A stretch of DNA of 63,326 nt, the filler included, from Octopus bimaculoides (lineage: Eukaryota): the NCBI RefSeq assembly GCF_001194135.2. It is 9 parts of 7 records of this genome, joined end to end, with 100 filler letters (N's around TTAATTAATTAA, not from the genome) between each part and the next. Parts side by side here need not be neighbours in the genome. Positions count along the whole stretch, not along the records: positions 36,581 to 41,257 come from NC_068997.1; positions 41,358 to 48,082 come from NC_068983.1; positions 48,183 to 53,956 come from NC_068985.1; 6 more parts are not named here. One strand, written 5' to 3'. A program made the position numbers and the translations under genes. The notes beneath the pieces are model-generated. The model was given only the letters and a program-made list of their open reading frames with translations, did not search any database and was not told the origin of the DNA. Shown in pieces: positions 38,668-50,789 of this stretch. The first letter of the stretch is position 1. Each line of letters begins with the position of its first letter.

Positions 38668-38700
38668 TAATAATAATGCTGTCTTATAATAATAATAATG
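36916..38700 (+). mobile_element. 5'-truncated, internally deleted R4/Dong-clade LINE with RT domain
   Basis: IAWVDYE..FDS, IFQGDSLSPLLFCLAL, INQLIYMDDLKL, YKYLG, HHPKADI..YLPRKEG, KDLEIEIGKMWNLKT; ends in (AAT)n. Confidence 0.93.
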
Positions 38701-39034
38701 TTGACAAACTGTCCAAAGATGGTACAAAAAGCTGCAATAGAGATTCCGTAGGAAAACACGCAAACAAAGGAAATAACAAAATCAAATAAAAAAATTCAAA
38801 GGAAAACAAATTCCTCGAAAGTAGAGAGATCGCGGAAGACTTTAGCCACGATGATGTTGCCTCTTTTAGATGCATGTTCAGAGCAGTTCCATTCGCACGG
38901 GTTAGACTCACCACTCACATCCGCTTTTCAGAAACTTTGCAATATTTTCCTTTCCTTGATTAAGTCGATGAGAGCTTGACCAAAGAGAAAGGTGTATGTT
39001 TACAGCTCTTTCAATCTGTGCTAGTTTATTTACG

Positions 39035-39185
39035 TCTCTGTAACTTAGCGGTTTGGCAAAGGAGACCGATAAGTACTATGCTTAAAAAAAATACTGGGAT
39101 CGAATCGTTTGACTGAAAACCCATCAAGATGGTGCCCTAGCATGGTTGCAGTCCAATGACTAAAATACATAAAAGATAAAAGATG
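39035..39185 (+). mobile_element. SINE 3' module
   Basis: GTAACTTAGCGGTTTGGCAAA...GGTGCCCTAGCATGGTTGCAGTCCAATGACT; matches 44860-45006. Confidence 0.75.
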
Positions 39186-39216
39186 CTTATGTGTACGCGT
39201 GAGTGTGTGAATGCTT

Positions 39217-39284
39217 GCATATGTGTGCATATGTGTGCATATGTGTGCATATGTGTGCATATGTGTGCATATGTGTGCATATGT
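39217..39284. repeat. 10-bp tandem repeat (ATATGTGTGC)n, ~6 copies
   Basis: Direct inspection. Confidence 0.9.
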
Positions 39285-39601
39285 GAACATGTATGTGTCT
39301 AGGCATGAGTGGATGTGTGCATTCATATGCACACTGTTTCTATATGCATACGTACATAATCACAGCACTTTCATTAATGTGTATGTGTGTAGGTATGCAT
39401 ACACATCTTTCCATTATTTTAATTTTTTCGTATTTATTTATTTATTTATTCATTCATTAGCCACGTGACAATGTAATTGTTTTTATAATTTGTTCCAGAA
39501 AGATCTAGAGAAATGTTATCACCAGTATATAAATGTAATTCCTTGATTTCGAACCGTTTGATAAGTGTCAAGGAACGAAAATCTCGGCCCTATCTTCTGC
39601 C

Positions 39602-39641
<40 letters not shown>

Positions 39642-39935
39642 TTGGTATAAAAGATGGGCTACAGCAAATATTCTGCTTAATACCACAGATTTGCTTGTCA
39701 GTTGTTTGACCTTAACCAGTTGAGCATGTCCCTTGGTGGCTGACGATCTGTGCATCTCTGATCATGAGCAGTAGTAGGGGAGCATCATAGCCATGTGTTG
39801 AGAGGAATTCTTTGGGGTTTGAATAATTCACCTTTGGAAACATGGGTGTTTTGCTCAACAATCTTAAACAAACATTATTCAGGGACCTTTTGAGCGGGAT
39901 GGGCTACTCGACCTGAAGAAAATTCTAACTCTAAG
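39602..39935 (-). mobile_element. Retroposon-like segment with (TAT)n tail, family unassigned
   Basis: GC-richer ~300-bp block ending (minus strand) in a pure trinucleotide tail. Confidence 0.4.
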
Positions 39936-40944
39936 CATTTTGCCCGGCGTGTTAACGAATCTGCCAACTCGCCGCCTGGATATAATAAAACTACAAACAC
40001 ATAAACACTTCAGAGTGCATCGTAAAAGTATGCAGCACCTCTAAATAGAAGCATCATGCAAAATAATGCCGGTTCTCTATTTAATAAGTCACTTGATATT
40101 ATTGCTGTGATGTATAAATTCAGGATCAACATGAAACAAGATATTTGAAACCTTCATACCAATTAACATAGCAACTTTAACACGGGGTAAACGGCCCTAT
40201 TTATACATCAGCGCAATGCATTCTTCATTTGCTTTCTTTCTCATTGATTTCTAATGAACTTGGGATTTGTTTTTAGAATTTTTAAGATAAGAAAGGAGTA
40301 ACCATTCAAAGGTAGTTGTACTGTTAATATGCAAAGAATGACAGGTAATTCAATCTAAATCTAACGTGCATACATTTTTGTAGCACGCACATACACACCA
40401 ACACATTTTATTAATGTAATATTACTTTGTTTTAAATCCGGTCATTCATATTTTACTTGATTATTTTCTTAGATAACTTATGTCAGATTGTAATTTTGAG
40501 ATTATTCTTATTATTTTCCTACAAGTACTAGTTACTCTAATCGCTTTCATTGTTGATTTTGCTGCTGTCGTTAAAATTATTCATGTTAAGCAATAAGCAC
40601 AGTGGAAGAAATGTTTTCTCCTCGCTACATTTCAGCAATCCACTTGGCTAAAAATATTCTGACATTTAACAGTTGATGAAATATGTACATTCACAAAGTG
40701 ATAAAATCCTGTTAAATAGCACCGTAAAATGAAATGCTGCTTTATTCTGTCTTCCACTATCTGTGAAATACACGTGTTACTCCCCTCTCATTGCTTAGAA
40801 TGTGTTAATATTTCAATAAACAGAAATATGGGTTGATCATCTTCATTTATTGCTTAAACTATATTAAGGTGGGGAGCTTAAGCAACCAGAGAAGACTCTG
40901 AGAAATGGAATATGAGCGAACGGCAGCTGAAGAGGAAAGATTTC

Positions 40945-41187
40945 GGATCTCTTTAGCTTCGATCACAGATTTTTTAATTACTTTTTAAAACTAAACAGTT
41001 TGAAACTTCGTATACTGGTGTAATTTCTCACGCTAAACACGATTTACTTTGTACATTTTTGACAAAATTTCGTACTTTAGAAGTTATTTCGTGTTAAAGT
41101 TGTATTTTGGTAATTTTGACCAATCAACGACGTGTTTAGTAAAAAAAAAAAATAATTAAAAATCTGTGATCGAAACTAAAGAGATCC
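40945..41187. mobile_element. MITE-like element with ~35-bp inverted repeats
   Basis: GGATCTCTTTAGCTTCGATCACAGATTTTTTAATTA (40945-40980) versus TAATTAAAAATCTGTGATCGAAACTAAAGAGATCC (41153-41187). Confidence 0.7.
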
Positions 41188-41357
41188 AAGATTTCGAATA
41201 TTACCTAAGTCTGAAATAACAGAGTAGTAAATACATACACCTCCCATATATATATATNNNNNNNNNNNNNNNNNNNNNNNNNNNNNNNNNNNNNNNNNNN
41301 NTTAATTAATTAANNNNNNNNNNNNNNNNNNNNNNNNNNNNNNNNNNNNNNNNNNNN

Positions 41358-41395
41358 GCTGCTGACACCCTAACCACTAAGCCACGCGCCTCCAC
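41358..41395 (-). mobile_element. tRNA-derived SINE head, truncated by a gap
   Basis: Minus strand GTGGAGGCGCGTGGCTTAGTGGTTAGGGTGTCAGC, similar to the head at 3033. Confidence 0.65.
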
Positions 41396-41559
41396 ACTCT
41401 GTATTTTAATGCTACGTATCTACTATTCAGAAAGCCAACAGAAGCGACATACCATCGTATGTGTGCGCGTGTGACTGCGTGTTTGATTGAATGTGCGTGA
41501 GTTTGAATGAATGTGTGTGTATGTGTGTGTGGTTGAATATGTGTGCGTAACTTTGAATG

Positions 41560-41609
<50 letters not shown>

Positions 41610-42514
41610 CGTGCGTGCGTGTGTGTGTGTGTGCTTGTGTGTCACTGAGCATCAGCTGTGGTGTGAAATCATTACAGGAAAAACAAACTGCTTTACCCTC
41701 AAAATATCACCGAATTTTTTAACTGAACAAAAGACATAATTTCAAGATAAACGATATTGGTTTAATAACAGTGAAAGACGCATTTAGGACGCATCTGTTT
41801 TAAGTAGTGCATATAAATTTCGAATTACAAGAAAATACAAAAATTATAAAATAAAGATATTTCCTTGTATTACAAAGTTATGGTTAACAAAATTACTGTT
41901 TCAAAAAATGTGCATACTATATTGCAATAACAAAACGGAAAGACGCATTTCCGTTTTGATTTCTATATTAAGCTTAGTGGTTATGTCAATCGCTTCCTCT
42001 TGACACTGTTGTATATTTGAAGTCAGGCCTTAATCTAGTTACTGTTGACTGGGTTATGGAATACGTCTGCGTAAGTGTACAGTTACTCCTTAAAAAAAGT
42101 CACCGGTATTTACGCTAAGGCCATATTTCACAGTGTAAACAAGGAATATAAGGATATAGAGACTAGAATTAATACTGGATACAGAGCAAAAACCCTTTTT
42201 AATTGCAATGCTTATATATACAAGTATATACTATGTACTTATTTATATATAATTATATATATTAAGATTATATTAGCAGAAGAGAAGGAAATAACACAAA
42301 CAACTGAGAGTGGCAGAGAAATACAGAGAATGTAGACGTATAAAAGGTTTTATTTATAAGTGCAAGAATGACTATCATGTGATGAGCTTATGAATTATGA
42401 TCTACTTCCTCAATATATGCAAATATGCACGTGGTTGAGCATACACACACACACAAAGACACATATATACTTATATATAGATAGATATATAGATACATAT
42501 TTACATATATAAGT

Positions 42515-42553
<39 letters not shown>

Positions 42554-43722
42554 TAGTTACACGTGTATGTGTGTGTGTGTTCGCGAGAATCTTTCCATGA
42601 ATTTACGTATGCACATACAAAAGATCAAATATATACAATCATATATATATGTCAGCATATATCCACACATTTTATATAGGCGTTTATTCTATTCATCAGA
42701 CGTAGTTGAACAAATAAATAGATATAAATAAATACATATACAAGCAATCATTTCCCCATCTCCCATTACATACATATACACATTCACATTCATAAATATA
42801 TATACACAAACATACACAATCTAATGTTTTCCGTTCTACACACACAAGCTCGCTGCTCTGGCTACTCATGTTTGGCAGGTACATATTTCAGTTTCATACA
42901 CAATATAACTTATTTCGAAACATTGGCAGCAAAATTTAATTGGGGTCTGACTTCCCTAAATTTCAGGTTATGACCTCAATATATATACAGTGCCAAATAT
43001 ATAAAGCATTTTGTACAAGCTTCAGGCATTCTGTACTGGCCCTTTAATCGATTTCGGTAATGCAATTTTCACTTTTGTTCATATGTATAATATTTTCAGA
43101 GAGCGCATTTAAATTTTGCAGTTCTTGCCTGTATGCATATATAAATAAATAAATATATATATATATATATATATANNNNNNNNNNNNNNNNNNNNNNNNN
43201 NNNNNNNNNNNNNNNNNNNNNNNNNNNNNNNNNNNNNNNNNNNNNNNNNNNNNNNNNNNNNNNNNNNNNNNNNNNNNNNNNNNNNNNNNNNNNNNNNNNN
43301 NNNNNNNNNNNNNNNNNNNNNNNNNNNNNNNNNNNNNNNNNNNNNNNNNNNNNNNNNNNNNNNNNNNNNNNNNNNNNNNNNNNNNNNNNNNNNNNNNNNN
43401 NNNNNNNNNNNNNNNNNNNNNNNNNNNNNNNNNNNNNNNNNNNNNNNNNNNNNNNNNNNNNNNNNNNNNNNNNNNNNNNNNNNNNNNNNNNNNNNNNNNN
43501 NNNNNNNNNNNNNNNNNNNNNNNNNNNNNNNNNNNNNNNNNNNNNNNNNNNNNNNNNNNNNNNNNNNNNNNNNNNNNNNNNNNNNNNNNNNNNNNNNNNN
43601 NNNNNNNNNNNNNNNNNNNNNNNNNNNNNNNNNNNNNNNNNNNNNNNNNNNNNNNNNNNNNNNNNNNNNNNNNNNNNNNNNNNNNNNNNNNNNNNNNNNN
43701 NNNNNNNNNNNNNNNNNNNNNN

Positions 43723-43800
<78 letters not shown>

Positions 43801-44349
43801 ATATATACTTAGTTGTATATTACTGTTACAAAACAAAATACTGTTGCTTTGCCAGCAATTATATGTGTGTTCGTGTGTATGATGGATGTGTGGATGCGTG
43901 GATGCGTGGATGTGCCTCTCGGCCTCTTTTCCGTAAATTATTTCTGCTTAACAATATAACTTTCAGATTCTTTTCCTTCTCTTTCCATCTCACTCTTTCT
44001 TACACATTTCTGTTTATACAAAACATAAATTACACATACATAAAGCTATCATGACGTTAAATAGAAATATTAATATATGAATGCATAAACATACACACAC
44101 ACATACACACACACAACAGCAACAATAACAACATACACATAAAAGCAACAATAACAACACACACACACATACACACGCATGCACGCACGCATGCATACCC
44201 ACACATACATACACACACGCATAAAACTGCAGTAGCATTATATATTTACACCTGTATCAGTATATATATATATTATTGTGTCTGGTGAGAGTCATTCTCT
44301 TTTAGTGCCTTATTATTTAACACACTCACCAGTTCGAGTATTTGATATA

Positions 44350-45006
44350 TATGCGTGGTTACTGTGTGGTAAGAAGCGTGCTTCCCAACCACATTGTTCC
44401 GAGTTCAGTCCCACTGCGTAGCACCTTGCGTAAGTGCCTTCTGCTCTAGCCTCCGGTCGAACAATACCTTGCGAGTAGATTTGGTAGACGGAAACTGACA
44501 GAGGTCCGTCGTATATGTGTGTGTATATTTGTGTGTGTGTGCGTGTATATANNNNNNNNNNAAAAAAAATCTGTAAATGTACAACCATCCAGATATCTGA
44601 GTACCTTATTAGTTTTCTAATATATATACTGTCTTTCAAATAAACATAATACTGTACCAAGAACTTTCTATTTATTATTCTACTATATACATATAGGCGC
44701 AGGCGCAGTGTGACTGAACCCGGAACCACATGGTTCCGGGTTCAGTCACACTGCATGGCACCTTGGGCAAGTGTCTTCTACTTTAGCCTCATACGTATGT
44801 GTGTTCCCCCACCCCCCAAAATCGCTTGACATGCGATGCTGGTGTGTTTACGTCCCCCGTAACTTAGCGGTTCGGCAAAAAGAGAACGATAGAATAAGTA
44901 CTAGGCTTACAAAGAATAAGTCCTGGAGTTGATTTGTTCGACTGAAAGGTGGTGCTCCAGCATAGCCGCTGTAAAATGACTGAAACAAGTAAAAGAATAA
45001 AAGAAT
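44350..45006 (+). mobile_element. Two tRNA-derived SINE copies (44350-44515 5' module; 44715-45006 partial 5' plus full 3' module)
   Basis: Matches to 27242-27408, 35033-35345 and 39035-39185. Confidence 0.85.
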
Positions 45007-45009
45007 GTA

Positions 45010-45045
<36 letters not shown>

Positions 45046-45475
45046 TATGGTTTTGTAACCCCAACCGATTATTAATCGGATTTGTGGTTTAGCGCTTTAT
45101 ATCCAAGGAGGAACCCCTTAGCCACTGACAGGTTGTAATCTAGGTAAGAAAAAATTCCTATTTACCTCATTTTATTTTTTAATGAAAGTATTACATCTCC
45201 TAAATAGGCTGTCGACCAAAATTACCTTGTTTTGTGTACCTTGTTTTGTGTACCTCTTTTCTCGTTTTAAGATGGCCAATGAATCTTTACATTTCATCTG
45301 TCCTTTGCTGGGCTTTGTTTTTGTTTCCGTGGGGTGTTCAAAATCAATATTTNNNNNNNNNNNNNNNNNNNNNNNNNNNNNNNNNNNNNNNNNNNNNNNN
45401 NNNNNNNNNNNNNNNNNNNNNNNNNNNNNNNNNNNNNNNNNNNNNNNNNNNNNNNNNNNNNNNNNNNNNNNNNNN

Positions 45476-45615
45476 CACCAACCAAGCTTAGCGGGATTGC
45501 CGGTTTAGTCGCCGACGTCCCACTGCGACGTCGGCGCATGTAAGAGTTTCACTGCGTCACATGTTAAGTGTTCTTTTGCTTACTATTGTTTTATTGATAT
45601 CGCTACCGCCATTTT
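45476..45615. promoter_or_regulatory. Candidate CpG-rich promoter / non-coding first exon
   Basis: CpG cluster, perfect 10-bp inverted repeat CGCCGACGTC/GACGTCGGCG, donor-like CAT|GTAAGA at 45539/45540, YY1-like CCGCCATTTT at 45606-45615. Confidence 0.35.
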
Positions 45616-47240
45616 ACCTATCAGTCTCCTTAGTATTATTGCTAGCACTGTTATGTTTACTACTATTTACTGGTATTGTTGGTATCGCGAAGCGACAACA
45701 CTTGGGTACAAATACGAATGTGTGTGTGTGACGCTGTGTATTTGCATTTGCTGTTAGAAATGTATGCATGTACGTAAGCCTGCATGCGTGTATGTATATA
45801 TATACAGGTATGTCTTTGTATGTAAATGAAGAGAATCCTTTCTCTCTCTCGCAGCTCATGTTTCACATTTAGAAAACTTTTAGTCGATCGATTTTATTTA
45901 TTTATTTCCTTTTTCTTAATACTTCAAGCTGAGTAAATAATAGATGCGGTTGAAAAAGTATTAGACTAGAGTTGATAGGAAATGTTGACAGTAAAGTCTG
46001 CGGTTTGAAGCAGTGAGTCAAGAGTATAAGAATGGATTCTGAAGCCATAAAAATGAACGTAGTCCAAATTGTCCGAAGATTACTCCGCTGGGGCTAAATC
46101 GCTGTTTCAAAGGAAGAAGGATCAAAAAATATTTATTGGATACGTATCATAGTGACAAAATAGAGTGATAAAGCCATTTGTACTGTGACTAACAAATTTG
46201 AATTGATGTGTTGTATGCGATTCTAAGGAGAGTCGTACGATTTTTCACCGAGTATTTTCCGCAAGAAATGAGATTTATTATAGATTATATTTCTTTGATT
46301 TGCAGTCATAAGACAAGCTTCTGTTTTTGATTGGGCTTTATGCATCCGGATTTTTTGTCGAGCACTTGCTTCGCTCTGTCAGGCTTTGCTATGAATTCTA
46401 AACATAAAGGTCTCAATAGAGAAAATCAAGTCTTTTGCGTAGAAACAAAAATTTTAAACATATCAAAAATATTTTTACGGGGCCCATTACTTTAAAAGAA
46501 AGTTATCATTCAAAAGAAAATACTATCGGTTAGAAAAGGAGACTTGTGTTTAATTTGTTTGTTACGTAGCTTGTATGCTTTAACAAAATCGATGAAATTT
46601 AGCAAGTAGGTATGCGCAGGTAGCTGGAAGGTTTTTCAGCCTAATAATAAATTTATATCATATATGACATGCCTTTACTGCATTCTACAAAGCACACTCT
46701 GACGTATATACATACACAAGCATACACGCATACTCATACACATACACACGGACATATTCATACACTCATACACGCATATACGCAGAAGCGCAAACATTTA
46801 ATGTACGGAGTGACTATATTAGATGAAGGCTCAGTGAATGCTTTAGATTGGAAATAAGAGTAGAAATGATGTTTCGAGCATGGCACAACACGTGTATACA
46901 TACATAAATACATACATGCATGCATGCATACATACATACATACATGCATACATACATATATACATACATACATACATATATACATACATACATGCATGCA
47001 TACATATATACATACATGTATATATAATACAAATAATATGTGAGTATATGCATATATACGTACATGTATGTACATACCTACATCTACAATTCTATATAGA
47101 TGCATATCTGGGTACAGGATGCAACAAAAAAACGTGGACAAAATGAAAAACAGAACATAAACAGAGCACAAAAAACATACAGGCCACGTATAGAACATTT
47201 CCTTCATCTGCTGCCACCATTCTAAAACTAAGCGTTTCGA

Positions 47241-47275
<35 letters not shown>

Positions 47276-47325
47276 GATTTGTGTGAACATAGCAGTTTGT
47301 GCCTGAAGCGTTTCGCTATATTTGA

Positions 47326-47396
47326 ATGTTTTTTTACCTTCACCGATTAAAAGCAGACGTTGATTTGTTTCGTCCTCGTAAGCTTGTCAACAAGAG
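47326..47396 (+). CDS. Tentative first coding exon of the unidentified gene (MFFYLHRLKADVDLFRPRKLVNK)
   Basis: ATG preceded by an in-frame TGA; donor GAG|GTAGTA, phase 2, compatible with the next exon. Confidence 0.4.
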
Positions 47397-47471
47397 GTAG
47401 TACAGTAAGCCCGAACGCAAAAAAAAAAAAAAAAGGAATTGGTTTTAATTTGACTGCCTGAACTTTTCAAG

Positions 47472-47546
47472 ATATCGTATCATAATGGACACATTGCAAT
47501 GCCAGAAACGTGCAAAGAAAGGAATTTGTAAAAGCTATACATCCAG
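47472..47546 (+). CDS. Tentative second exon (R-YRIIMDTLQCQKRAKKGICKSYTS)
   Basis: Acceptor CTTTTCAAG|, strong donor CAG|GTATGT, 75 nt, open in phase 2-2. Confidence 0.5.
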
Positions 47547-48182
47547 GTATGTATTTATCTGTGTAAGTGTATATTTATATAATATATGAATTCTATTAAT
47601 AAAATATTGAATGCATATATACCACTCTATGCTTTATAAAACATACACGTGTTTCGGCATATATTACCTGAATTACGTAATTGCTTGCTAGAAAAATTAT
47701 GATTTTATAAAATGTTATTTTATCTCTTCAGTATCTAGCGAAAATGCAACTGGTCATAAATTCTCAATATGTATCCATGTTATGGAAATTATCAACGTCA
47801 ATATTTGTATGCATGTATGTGCATGTGTGTGTTTATGTGTGTGCGTATGTATTGTTTGAATGGAAATTGAAATTTTGTTTCTTTGGAGTTATTCGAGCAG
47901 TTTTGATACACCTCACAGCATGCGAATCTTGATTTTATCGTTCACACAAATGAGAGAACACTACACCTATATTGAATCCTTTACAAAATTTTTTTTGTTA
48001 TTTTTTACTTAACACCTGTAATACACACAAGCACACATATTCGTACACACATGCACGTATATATATATATATATATATATATNNNNNNNNNNNNNNNNNN
48101 NNNNNNNNNNNNNNNNNNNNNNNNNNTTAATTAATTAANNNNNNNNNNNNNNNNNNNNNNNNNNNNNNNNNNNNNNNNNNNN

Positions 48183-48221
<39 letters not shown>

Positions 48222-48238
48222 CATATATTTTAAGGAAG

Positions 48239-48560
48239 AGATAAACCTGATATAGATGACAAGAAGGATGGTGATAGTAGCGGCAATGGTAAAAATGGGG
48301 AAGACAATGATGATAGTAATGATACAAGTGACGATGATGGTAAAAATAATAGTAGTAATGGTAATGTGGTTGAGGAAGAAAAAATGGATAATAAAACAGA
48401 AGTCAAGGATGGTGATGGTGATGGTGATGATGGTATGCAAGGAGATCAAGGGAGAAATGATGACAACACAAATGATGAAGGAAATACTGATAAAAGACCC
48501 AATCCCATAATTTCTGGAAGCGGAAGCAGCAAAGAAAGACTTACTGTTAAAGATGATTTT
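48239..48560 (+). CDS. Exon encoding a D/N/G-rich acidic low-complexity region (DKPDIDDKKDGD...KERLTVKDDF)
   Basis: 107 open codons with strong GAT/AAT/GGT bias; canonical donor TTT|GTAAGT at 48561, phase 0. Acceptor ambiguous (48235 phase 1 or 48239 phase 2). Confidence 0.75.
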
Positions 48561-48619
48561 GTAAGTAATTTCAGAATTTAATACATTTTCTGTTATATTT
48601 TTCTCATGAAATTGTGAAT

Positions 48620-49000
48620 GGAAATCGTAGCTGTGACCAGTGTCCCTGACTGGCTCTTGTGCCAATGGCATGTGAAAAGCATCAACTGAATGTGGTCAAT
48701 GCTAGGTCTGCATTATTAGCTCCTGTGCCGGTGGCACGTAAAAAGCACTATCCAGACATGATTGATGCCTGGCCTGCCTGATTGGCTCCTGTGCTGGTGG
48801 CACATAAAAAGCACCCACTACACTCTCAGAGTGGTTGGCATTAGGAAAGGCAACCAGCTGTTGAAACATTGCCAAATAAGATTGGGAGTCTGGTGCAGCG
48901 GCCAGCTCTCCAGACTTCAGTCAAACCGTCCAACTCATTCCAGCATGGAAAACAGACGTTAAACGATGATGATGATGAGGATGAGGATGATGATGATGAT
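48620..49000 (+). mobile_element. SINE-like retroposon with three ~70-nt internal modules and a (GAT)n tail
   Basis: Three copies of GCTC(C/T)TGTGCCGGTGGCACGTAAAAAGCA-like motif, then ...CCAGCATGGAAAACAGACGTTAAACGATGATGATG (RTE-like 3' end). Confidence 0.75.
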
Positions 49001-49195
49001 GATTCAGTTGTGACAGTAATACTTATATTTAGATTGTGTTTTTGTCAATGAGGTATATGATGAAAATATGTCCAGAATTGGCATACTATTGCCAAACATC
49101 AAATTCACTCCCAACACCATCCCATTTTGAATTTGAATTGATTTTAATTGGGTTAAAATTCTGAAATTGTCCCTCCTGTCTTTTCTAACTAATAT

Positions 49196-49905
49196 TACTC
49201 ATTAAGCTAAGGTGTCAACCTGGTAGAATCGTTTGCATGCTGAGCAAAATGCTTAGTGGCATTTCATCTGTTTTTACATTCTGTGTTCAAATTCCACTGA
49301 GGTCGACTTTGCCTTTCATCCTTTCAAGGTCGATGAAATAAGTACCAGTTCAGCACTGGGGTCAATGTAATTGGCTTATCCCCTTTCTCTGAAATTGCTG
49401 GCCTTGTGCCAAAATTTGATTTTACTCATTAAGCTAAGGTGTTAAGCTGGCAGAATCATTAGCATGCAGGCTTAACATGCGGGCCAACTTTACCTATCAT
49501 TCTTTTGGGGTTAATAGAATTAGTATCAGTTGAGTACTGGAGTAAATGTAATCAAATTACACCCTCTCCTGAAATCACTGGCCTTGTGCCAGCATCCTGA
49601 CTGGATCCTATGTTCCTATGTTAGTGGCACATAAAAAGCAAATGTATATTTGTTGATATGCTGTATTCATGTTGATATTTTTGTGAACAAATAAAGTGGC
49701 AAACTGGCAGAATTCTTAGTATGCCGAGCAAAATACTTAGCGACATTTCATCTGTCTCCATGTTCTGAGCTCAAATTCCAAGGAGGCTTACTTTGCTTTC
49801 ATCTTTTCGGGCTCAATAGAATGAGTACCAGCTGAGCACTGGCATTGATGCAATCAACTTTCTGCCTCCTCTGAAATTGCTGGCCTTGTGCCAAAATTTG
49901 AAACT
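49196..49905 (+). mobile_element. Cluster of three SINEs (GGCAGAATCGTTAGC family) in an intron
   Basis: Copies at ~49210-49420, 49430-49590 and 49700-49905, each ending in GGCCTTGTGCC. Confidence 0.85.
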
Positions 49906-50054
49906 AACATTTATGTAGGGAGCCAAAAAGTGTAATCAATGGTAAGTTGCTTCATTTTAATTTGTTTAATTTCACATCTTTGAATTTTTCTTTTAGTTTT
50001 TTTTTTTTTCCCCAGAAACAACTGATTAACTCATTAATTAATTTGTTTCCCTAG

Positions 50055-50150
50055 CCATTTTCTGATGCAAGTCTGAGAAAAGAAGCAGATGTAGAATTTA
50101 TGAAAAAGTTCTGGAATTTTGAAAGATCTCCAGTGTCACAGAAAGAAACT
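50055..50150 (+). CDS. Internal exon (PFSDASLRKEADVEFMKKFWNFERSPVSQKET)
   Basis: Acceptor TTTGTTTCCCTAG|, donor ACT|GTAAGA, 96 nt, phase 0-0, open frame. Confidence 0.78.
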
Positions 50151-50789
50151 GTAAGAATATTCTTTCACTTACTTTCGTTTCTTCTTTCAGNNNNNNNNNN
50201 NNNNNNNNNNNNNNNNNNNNNNNNNNNNNNNNNNNNNNNNNNNNNNNNNNNNNNNNNNNNNNNNNNNNNNNNNNNNNNNNNNNNNNNNNNNNNNNNNNNN
50301 NNNNNNNNNNNNNNNNNNNNNNNNNNNNNNNNNNNNNNNNNNNNNNNNNNNNNNNNNNNNNNNNNNNNNNNNNNNNNNNNNNNNNNNNNNNNNNNNNNNN
50401 NNNNNNNNNNNNNNNNNNNNNNNNNNNNNNNNNNNNNNNNNNNNNNNNNNNNNNNNNNNNNNNNNNNNNNNNNNNNNNNNNNNNNNNNNNNNNNNNNNNN
50501 NNNNNNNNNNNNNNNNNNNNNNNNNNNNNNNNNNNNNNNNNNNNNNNNNNNNNNNNNNNNNNNNNNNNNNNNNNNNNNNNNNNNNNNNNNNNNNNNNNNN
50601 NNNNNNNNNNNNNNNNNNNNNNNNNNNNNNNNNNNNNNNNNNNNNNNNNNNNNNNNNNNNNNNNNNNNNNNNNNNNNNNNNNNNNNNNNNNNNNNNNNNN
50701 NNNNNNNNNNNNNNATATATATATATATATATATATATATAGGAAAGACCTCCACTTTAATTTTAAATGCTCGAAATAATGGTCTTATA

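Noticed and set aside
47199-47344. Hammerhead-like pieces (two GAAACGCTT and two (G/A)TGAAGG-like motifs on the minus strand)
   Set aside because: The order and pairing do not give helices I-III, and part overlaps the candidate first exon.
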